From contig NIVC01000877.1 of the NCBI GenBank assembly GCA_002269645.1, forward strand, positions 104,803 to 168,802: 64,000 nt of DNA. The letters are read 5' to 3'. Below are positions 20,210 to 28,489 of the stretch, in pieces. The notes beneath the pieces are model-generated. The model was not told where the DNA came from. It made no database searches and saw only the letters and a list, made by a program, of their open reading frames with translations. The position numbers and the translations under genes were made by a program. The DNA comes from Macrostomum lignano (lineage: Eukaryota). Within the stretch, counting starts at the first letter, position 1. Each line of letters starts with the position of its first letter.

Positions 20210-20535
20210 TAGCCAAGTGCCAGTGTCCAAAGGGTAGCGAATTAATTGAACTTGTCCAGGATCGCTTCGTATCGAAGAAGCTTAGTGCAAGTTTTCTTTG
20301 TTGCATCAAAAAAAACTTTCTGTTTTCGAGAACGAATGGACTGCATGCGCGAAAACACAAGTTGTCGCTTGTGTAAGACTCTTAAATAGTCTTGATGCTT
20401 TAAACTGCTCTGTGCGGCTTTAGAAGCAGTACTGCTCCAGCTTTGCGACCGATTGAGACTGGAACTTTAAACGATTGCTGCTTAACCAGACCGGACCGGA
20501 CTGGACCGGACCGGACTGGACCGGACTCCCCGCGC

Positions 20536-20567
<32 letters not shown>

Positions 20568-21302
20568 ACCACCACCGCCGCCACCACCACCACCACCACC
20601 GCCGCCACCACCACCACTGCCGCCGCCCGCCCCCACACCACCGTGGGACGTATTTGTTGACAGTGTGCTTGCATGGCTTTTGCGATAAACGCAGAGCATC
20701 AAGTCTAGCTGCTCGATTGCTCTATATTGCCAATTACTACCTCGAGATTGAAAATTGTCAATTTTTATTAACAACTGATTAATAACGCGTGCGAACCAGT
20801 CATTGTAGGCCTCGGGAGATAACAGCATGTCACTGTTTGCAATCGTCTCATCAAATGATATTGTCGCAATGTTGGTATTAAAATAGACCGAAATGATCTC
20901 TTCGCTGCTCGAGCCATCGTTGTCGTCTGCTGCTGTTTTCGGTCGAAATAGTGTCACTTTCAAGTGAAAGCAGACTCTTATTAATAAACTGGGTGAGCCA
21001 ATTTTTTCCAATATTTTAAATATTGGTTCTCTTAAAGACGCAATCAACTCGCCAGGAAGTAACTCGCCAGAGCTGTTGCCTTGTTGTTCAAGAGTGGGAG
21101 TAAATTCGACAAAATTTACCCGACCACGATGAGCTGACTCGCGCAAAGCGATGGACCACCCATCTGGTGGGTTTTCGATCAGGTTTTGCAGCGATCCGGT
21201 CAGTAATCGTTGCGGTGAAAAACAAGCACCATGCGAGTGAGCATGCAGCTCGGCTTGATTACTGAACTTTTTTCTGCAGATTTGGCATTGTGCACGCGGC
21301 AT
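20210..21302 (-). pseudogene. C2H2 zinc-finger ORF resembling the N-terminal part of Polinton pPolB polyproteins, truncated
   Basis: CQICRKKF..ELHAH finger; YFNT; KIDNFQSRGSNWQYRAI; VPVSIGRKAGAVLLLK. After two in-frame stops comes SDNLCF. No exonuclease or polymerase motifs follow. Contains a poly-Gly microsatellite. Confidence 0.55.
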
Positions 21303-21524
21303 TGTGTGCACCTAGCTCGACAACGAGCGTATCGAGCATAATATTAATAGATGATCCGGTTTGTCATTTGCGGCTGTAAGAAAAATGATGATTTGGTTAG
21401 TTATAGGTATAGCTGACACGTTTACTATTAGAGAAAACAATTGGTAAATAAATGAAAACAAGACAAAATGTTTAAAAGAATGCATCGCAACTGCGATTTG
21501 ACAGCAATTGTTTACTTGTTAAGT

Positions 21525-22082
21525 TTAGTTATTAACAGAGATTAAAAAATCCTTGACATGGTTAAGAATATTATTCAATTCATGAGTGTTTTGAACGCCC
21601 ATAATAACAAACTTTTTCGAAAAAAATATGTTACAAAAAAGCCTTGGTTTTGATGCTGATCTAACAGAAACTGCTTGTGGGAAATTTTCTGCATCGTATC
21701 CAACCAGATAATTCGAATAGTAGCCTGCATATCTTTTTAGACTAGAGAAACCGAATTTTGGCCAAAGATGACCAATAAAGCCGACATAGGTACTGCTCTG
21801 AATTTTTACTGAATCAAAATCTACACAATTAATAGTGTCGTTGATAAATCGTAAAACTGAGACTATCTGAGAATTTGATTTACAGCCATATATAGTTAGT
21901 TTTCCTGCTGGATAAAGTTGGATTTTAGCATTTGAATAAATTGTCTTTAGCATTGTTGGTCGGCTTAGGAATAGTTTGCAAAACCGGTTTCTGGTCTGTA
22001 GCTTCTGTTTGGTCTGCTTTAAATCAAATTTTTCAAACGGGTGCAGCTTCAGACTCGCAGTAACTATTAATAGGACAAGTCG
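21525..22082 (-). CDS. Divergent TATA-binding-protein-like protein
   Basis: Two TBP-repeat matches by eye: AKIQLYPAGKLTIYGCKS ~ TALIFSSGKMVCTGAKS; DFDSVKIQS ~ FLDFKIQN; YDAENFPQ ~ YEPELFPG; KPRLFCNIFFSKKFVIMG ~ KPRIVLLIFVSGKVVLTG. The frame stays open 43 codons upstream of the ATG at 21953, up to a pyrimidine tract plus AG. Confidence 0.75.
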   Translation of the reverse strand, partial: RLVLLIVTASLKLHPFEKFDLKQTKQKLQTRNRFCKLFLSRPTMLKTIYSNAKIQLYPAGKLTIYGCKSNSQIVSVLRFINDTINCVDFDSVKIQSSTYVGFIGHLWPKFGFSSLKRYAGYYSNYLVGYDAENFPQAVSVRSASKPRLFCNIFFSKKFVIMGVQNTHELNNILNHVKDFLISVNN

Positions 22083-22292
22083 CTAAAACGGAAAATAAAT
22101 AATAAGAAAAGTTAAACATGACTATACTATCGTAAATTCTAATATTAAATTACAAAACCTGGTTAGCGTACAAGGAGTAGCAAAAAATGTTTTGAGCTTT
22201 TCCCTAAAAAATAATATTTCCCTAGCCAAAAATTTGATAAATATAGTGGAATAAGTTAGTTAAAACTTGGATAAAATTAGTCAAAAATTTTG

Positions 22293-23491
22293 TTACTCAT
22301 CATCAGAGCTGCTGTACGAGTCGTCCGATGAAGACACGCTAGCTGTAGTAGCGTCCGCAGCAGCACGCTTTAAAAATGCTGTCTCCTTGGACGCTACCCT
22401 GGTTCCAGAGGCAGGTGTACTCACCAAGATCTTTGCTGGTGGAGCCTCCACCCAGTCTGTGCCATCTGCACCAGCTTCGGCAGAATTGTTTTGCTGTTTT
22501 GCACCGCTGCGTTTTCGAACTTGCTTTTTAGGCGGCGGTTCAATAGAGGCTGGCGCTGCATTCGATGTAGTCGACTTCTTCGATACGGTGGTGGTAGACC
22601 GACGCTTTGCAGGTGACTTGGCAGGTGTCACCTGGCTTGAATTCTGCAGGCTTTGTTCATTTGCTTCTTCTTGCTCACAGGTAGATGTTGGGGACGGACT
22701 CCTGCTTCTAATTGCTGACTTGGTCGCGGGTAGGTGTGCAAGCACTCCCTTGAACATGTCGAGGCGCTGCAACATGTTGTCGGAAGATTCTATGAGTGTC
22801 AGAGAGCGCACAGCGAATGTAATGCGCCAGACGAGGCAGCCTTTTGGACAATACAAGCTCGTTGCTTGCACTGTCATTTGGTAGGTACCGCTGACACCTT
22901 TGAAATCGGAAATGGACACCTCCTTCCCGTGTGGATGATCGTTGCTGATCCTGATTGTGGCACAAGGGTAAGCAGGCTTTATAGCCAGCCATTGTTGAGG
23001 CACAAACTCGAGGACGTCGTTAGCATGCTGATGAGCTGGTTTTGTTAGTCGTGCCAAGGGTCGAGCATCTTGAATCTCGTTCAACTTGACCGATAGACCT
23101 TTTTCGACTTGACTGCAAAACATTATATAAATTATGAATATAGTTTCCTAAAATTAATTGTATAAATTTAATATGGTGCTCACCGGAGAGAGTGGAAGAG
23201 TTCCTTATCGCAGCTGTCTGGATGAAATTGGACACTTACTGCGTCGCGAGAGTCGTGTCTGCAAGACGGATGATCGAGCTCTGGCCTTTCTGCGATTCCA
23301 CGAAAAAGCTCCATTGGAGCCTTGGTTTGCAATATAATTGGGTACCATTTTGTACACTCGATTGATGGTTTCCACGCAATAGATCGAAACTGGCAGGACG
23401 AACCAGTCGTGGTTGTAGACTGCTCTCCAACGTAAAAAATCGGACTCGAGTCGGAGCGTACAATTGACTCCGTCTTGATGCAAGCTGCCAT
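22293..23491 (-). CDS. Spliced 375-aa protein, putative OB-fold ssDNA-binding protein (exons 23491-23184 and 23112-22293)
   Basis: 71-bp GTGAGC...TTTTGCAG intron joins two track ORFs in frame (FHSL-R-QVEK). Beta-strand-rich core, low-complexity linker, acidic tail SSSDDSYSSSDDE. TATAAATA at 23570-23577. The gene structure is well supported; the SSB function is inferred. Confidence 0.65.
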
Positions 23492-24179
23492 GTCTTACAA
23501 GCAATTGAATATAGTATTTCTTTTGCTGTAATGATTGAGCTCATGAAAAATTGACCATTTCGGGTCTTGTATTTATAGCAAGCATTGCATGCTGTTTGTG
23601 AACTAGTAAACAAATTTAATTGTTGCGTGCTGATTAAGACATTGTTGCGTGCCAAAGGTGGCATAAGTTTCTAGGGTGGGTTGCATGATTAGGTCTAATT
23701 TTACGCAAATGTAGGTTGATATTTTATAAAATAAAATTAATGAATCTTAGGCACACTAGTTATAAATTTGCAAGAGTAACACGATGGCAAGCGTTTAATA
23801 AGAAGACTGCTGGTTGCTGCTTCATTAGATTGGTTTTGTTCTCAAGTAGAATGTAATTAAAATATTTTGCGACTTGAAAAATTAGCAATCTTGGATTTTA
23901 GAGTAAAAATAAGCTGCACGCGGTGCTATGAAATTAATTTATTGAAAGTTTTGCTTGCATGTTGGAATTTTTTAGCTCGCACGGTGACAAGAGATTGCTT
24001 GAGTAACCTATATATAGAGTGTTACTTTTCAAACAGAAAAAGGTATAGTTGTAACTCAGCTTTTGCAGTCCTATATTGAGCAGAAGCTATATAGAGTTAC
24101 ACTATCATGCTGCGACGCGCAGCTTGTTGGGACTATAATGACTGCCGCTGCTATAACCGCATGCAGTCAGTGCAGTTGA

Positions 24180-25070
24180 CACACAAATGCTGTTTGGACT
24201 AAGCTAAATTACTGTGTTGAGACAGTTAAGCTGGACCACGGCTAAATCACTATTGATACGGTTAATTGCTACTAGACCCATGGCTAAATCACTGTACGTT
24301 GAGACGGTTAAGCTGGACCACGACTAAATCGCTGTACGTTGAGACGGTGGTTAAGCTGGACCATGGTTATAAAACTGGACGGGTGGTTAAGCTGGACGAC
24401 TACAGCTAAAATTACTGTTGAGTCAGTTATGCTAGACCACAGCAGCCAAATCACAGTTGAGGTAAAGCTGACCATAGCTAATTCTCACTGTTGAGACGGG
24501 TGCTGCTGCTTGGCTCACAGCTAAATAACTGGACAGTTAAGCTAATCGGACTACAGCTAAATCCCTGTTGAGACAGTTGCCTGGACCACAGCTAAAATCA
24601 CTGTTGAGGCAGTTAAGTCTGGACAACAGCTAAAATTACTGTTGAGACAGTTAAGCCTTGACTATAGCTAAATCATCGTTGAGGTAGTTAAGCCTGGACT
24701 ATAGCTAAATCACTGTTGATGCAGTTTTAAGCTAGACCACAGCTAAATCATACTGCTGAGGCAAAAAAGCCGGACCACGGCTAAAAACTGTTGAGGCAAA
24801 AGCTGGACCACAGCTAAATCATACTGTTGAGGCAAAAGCTGGACCACAGCTAAATCATACTGTTGAGGCAAAAGCTGGACCACAGCTAAATCATACTGTT
24901 GAGGCAAAAGCTGGACCACAGCTAAATCATACTGTTGAGGCAAAAGCTGGACCACAGCTAAATCATACTGTTGAGGCAAAAGCTGGACCACAGCTAAATC
25001 ATACTGTTGAGGCAAAAGCTGGACCACAGCTAAATCATACTGTTGAGGCAAAAGCCAGACCATGGCTAAA
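24180..25070. repeat. 36-bp tandem array inside the Polinton (CTGGACCACAGCTAAATCATACTGTTGAGGCAAAAG)
   Basis: 7 perfect units at 24803-25054, preceded by progressively degenerate units back to about 24180. Confidence 0.92.
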
Positions 25071-25317
25071 GAAACGTATGAAAAAAAATTATTTGCATGG
25101 ATTAATAATTTTTGTTTAATGATGACTGTACAAGATATTGACTTTATATTGAATTAAATAATTTCAATGAATGGTGAATAAAATTGAAAGAATTTTTAGA
25201 ATAATGAATTTATAGAGATTATATTATTGATTACAGACTTGTTTGATATATACTAAAAGAGCAATTACTTGACACATTGCTGGCAAAATTTTATGAAGAG
25301 TTAGAAAAAATGTCTTT

Positions 25318-26179
25318 TTAAGATAGGTCCCAATATTCAAATACTTGAGTTGTATTACAGGTCTTTGCTAATTCTACTTGGTAGAAGCCTGTGCTCATTT
25401 GAGAGACTTTTACAGACTTGATGTCCTTCTGTACAATAATTGGCGAGTTTAGCAGCGGTTGAACTTGGGTAGAAATAGCAATTGATGATGATGGTGTTTC
25501 AGTTGCTGTCGTTGGTTTGGTACTTGTAGGCTTACTGCAAGTTTGCTTTGTTGGGTCATTGTAGCTGGTTGGTGATGGTGGTGGTGGTGCATACTGCAGT
25601 TGGTCAGTTGGTCGTGGGTTCGATTGCTGCCTAATTGACTGAATAACATCAGTTCTTGTGTAAATGCGATCTAGCTCAGTTGTCTGTCTCTCGACATGAA
25701 TCGAGGTTACTCTGGCGAGAGATGTAGAATATGATGCTCTTGCAGCAGAATTGGATGTGGTGGTGTCGTGGCAAATGCGTTTGCACTGATCTGGAGGTGG
25801 CCGCGTGAAGAAACCATTCTTGAATGCTATAATAATGGATAAGATGAGGGAAATTTGGTATAGGTGCATGTATACAATGTATATAGAAACTGAACTAGCA
25901 GAGAATCAGTCTAAACAGAAACCGAACTAGCAGACAATCAATCTAGAAATTCTGAACTAGCAGAGTATTAGTCTAAACAGAAACCAAACTAGCAGACAAT
26001 CAATCTAGAGACTGAACAAACAGAGGATCGGTCTAAACAGAAACCGAACTAACAATCAATCTAGAAACTAAACTATAGCGAACAGTCAATCTAAAAAAGA
26101 AAACTGAACTAGAGTAGGTGATTATCTTACCTTGTTTAACATAGCGCTCGGCCAATTCCTGCTGACGTGATCGCTTCAT
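25318..26179 (-). CDS. Spliced 185-aa hypothetical protein (exons 26179-26131 and 25826-25318)
   Basis: ATG AAG CGA...AAA CAA G|GTAAGA donor and CCATTATTATAG|CA acceptor give the in-frame sequence MKRSRQQELAERYVKQAFKNGFF. P/T/S-rich middle region. Confidence 0.55.
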
Positions 26180-26574
26180 TTCACTTAAGATGTAAGTATA
26201 GTTGAACAAGTAGTATAATGTAAACTTGGTTTAAGTTATTTAATATTTTCTGTGTCAGTGTGTTCGTATATATATATATATAGTATAAAGAAGAAGCATG
26301 TTGACGCAGTTGTTGACATAGTATCTGTAAACCATCTGCTCAAGTTGGTGCAAAAATTCTTTAGGCACTCAAGAATAGATCATTTACTATCTTTCTTCAA
26401 AAGGGTGATAATATTCACAAGTTTTCAATATTTCAATAACACTTGAAATGTGTGAATAGCTTTGGAGTAAATTTGTCTTGAATGGAATCCTTTGAAGTGT
26501 GTTTGTGTCACCATTGCTAGAATCGGTTACTTGTATTTTGGACAGGTGGATATGCAATTCGTCTGAATAATCAC

Positions 26575-26742
26575 GTTGCGTAAAAGATATTTAGCGTGCA
26601 CTTGGAATTTCAGACTGCATGCACATGGAATTTCAGACTGCGTGCACATGAAATTTCGGACTCTGCCATTTTTTTGGGCCTGTACTTACTATGTGTTTCG
26701 CCATAAGGAAATCGGCTTTGTGTCAAAAAAACGTATACTACT
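26575..26742 (-). repeat. Right terminal inverted repeat with three internal 23-bp direct repeats
   Basis: Reverse complement begins AGTAGTATACG. Three copies of GTGCAC(A/T)TGGAATTTCAGACT-like sequence at about 26597-26662. Confidence 0.95.
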
Positions 26743-26748
26743 GGCAGA

Positions 26749-27933
26749 CAGTGAAGCGGCGATGCGCTGGAGCGACGAGGCGCTGATGTAGATCAGGCGA
26801 TGCTGATGATGCTGGGCGGTATCAGACCGCTGGCCGATAGGCGAGCTCACTTGGGGAGCTAAGGATAACTTGGCGGTAACAGACCGCGGACCGGCAGGGA
26901 TTCGCCTTATAGACGAATAGGTCAGAACTCAGTCTGACAACAAGTCCCGGAAAGGGGAAAACGTCTGAGGATTCTCATGCCGAAATCGCTTCCTTTTATA
27001 GACCTCACAGCCGCCTCCCCAAGGTCGTTACCATGGCTCCCTCTCTCTGATTGGCTGCCGGCAGAATGACGTCAGAATGAGTCATAATGAGAAGCATGAG
27101 ACCGGCATAGCAACATGAGAAATCGGGAAATTGCGCAATCCGGAGGTGGGGTGGGGGGATAATTAGCGCAGCGGGTGGTCGCGAAAGTGTTGCGCAAGCA
27201 AACATTGAGAACAATAGGGCTGGGGTCGAGAACAAAGGAATTGGAAATCGGGGATAATTGGGGAGAACTGAGAACAATGGAAAAGTAAACATTGGGGAAA
27301 AGATGATAATTAGGTGCGAAAACGAGAACAAAAGAAAGAGAAAATCGGAGAAAATGGGATAATTGGTGGGGGTCGAGAGAACAAAAGAATCAAAAACGAG
27401 AACAATAGAAGCGGAGGTGGGGTGGGTGTCGCATGAGAAATTTGGGGAGGAGAACAATGGCGTGAGAAAAGGTTGCGCAAGAGAGGGGGATGAGTCATCG
27501 ATGAGTCACCGAGGGGAAGAGGGGGTCACACGACTTGCGTCACCGTTTGGGAGTTTGAGAAGGGATGGGGGAACGGTGAGCACACAGAATACTGTAAGTA
27601 GACACAGAGAAAGAGGGGACAGCGCAGGAAAAGAGTGCAGAGGGAGACAAAAAGAGGGGAGATAGGGAAAGTATAGGAAGAATAGGGCGGAAAACAGAAG
27701 AGATAGGGTAGAGGGGGAGGTACAGAGAGGGGTAGGGAGCTCCGGAAAGGCAGGTGTGGCGGCAGGGGAGACGGGACCAAGGCAGCAGGAGGGGTGCAGC
27801 AGAGCGGGAGTTTCCAGGCCCGGTCGGAGACCTGGCCGAGTCTCGACAGCTCTGCGCAGAGGGTGCACGGGATAGGAGGCACTTTCGAAAAAGTTCCCAT
27901 GCCCTATCCCGCGACCAGAGCGTGGTTACATCA
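26749..27933 (-). mobile_element. Right (U3-like) part of the split TG...CA element
   Basis: Ends GGTTACATCA followed by the TSD TATG. Carries a minus-strand Pol II promoter cluster. Confidence 0.7.
26993..27084 (-). promoter_or_regulatory. LTR-type Pol II promoter: AP-1, CRE, CCAAT, TATA
   Basis: TGAGTCA 27078-27084, TGACGTCA 27067-27074, CCAAT (ATTGG 27050-27054), TATAAAAG (CTTTTATA 26993-27000), in the correct order on the minus strand. Confidence 0.65.
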
Positions 27934-28489
27934 TATGCCAAATATCATCAGACGAAAAGAGTGAGGACAATCTTTCCTTATTGTCAGTGTTTGGCACTGT
28001 TAATTAAAATCTTAGCTACCGTTAATGGTAAAAGCAGTGTTGAGACAAAAGACCTTTTCTTATTAACATGTAATTTTCTGAGTCCAATTGACCTGCTCAT
28101 ATTTTTTCAGTCTCTAGTATTGCTAATACACAATTTTTGAACATATCTACACTTACTTAATGAAATATTCTGTCAAATTCTCAAGAACTGCATAACAGTA
28201 TTTGAAGACAAACTAGGTTGTACCATAGACTAAATGCGTGAACTGCATAGCAGTAATTGAAGACATGTTAGGTTGCACCATAGACTAAATCTGTGAACTA
28301 CATAGCTACCGACGATTAAGACAGTCAAGGGACTGTCACACCGATTAAGACCACTTATTTAAATTTGCTGATACTTCTAACACTTTTAATCTGATCAAGC
28401 GTGTGGTCAGATCAAGCTAAATATAAAATCAGGTTGCTACATATTTTTCGTCTAAATTTTTGCAGACTTCTTCAGTTCATTTTTGGGCC

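Larger units (their letters stand above)
9982..26742 (-). mobile_element. Endogenous Polinton/Maverick (adintovirus-like) virus, complete termini, no pPolB
   Basis: TIRs AATAGTATACGTTTTTTTGACAC... and ...GTGTCAAAAAAACGTATACTACT. 6-bp TSD GGCAGA (9976-9981, 26743-26748). Encodes integrase, MCP, penton, A32/FtsK ATPase and cysteine protease. 16,761 bp including a 1.83-kb internal duplication. Confidence 0.97.

Noticed and set aside
22267-23048. Plus-strand ORFs antisense to viral genes (e.g. 22267-22884, 16349-16654, 20443-20688)
   Set aside because: Shadow frames of well-supported minus-strand genes or repeats; no motifs.
24180-25070. 36-bp repeats as a CRISPR array
   Set aside because: Units are head-to-tail with no unique spacers, there are no cas genes, and the context is eukaryotic.
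25827-25869. Signal peptide at the start of the 183-aa track ORF (MHLYQISLILSIII)
   Set aside because: This stretch is better explained as the pyrimidine-rich 3' end of an intron; an in-phase upstream exon with a strong donor exists.
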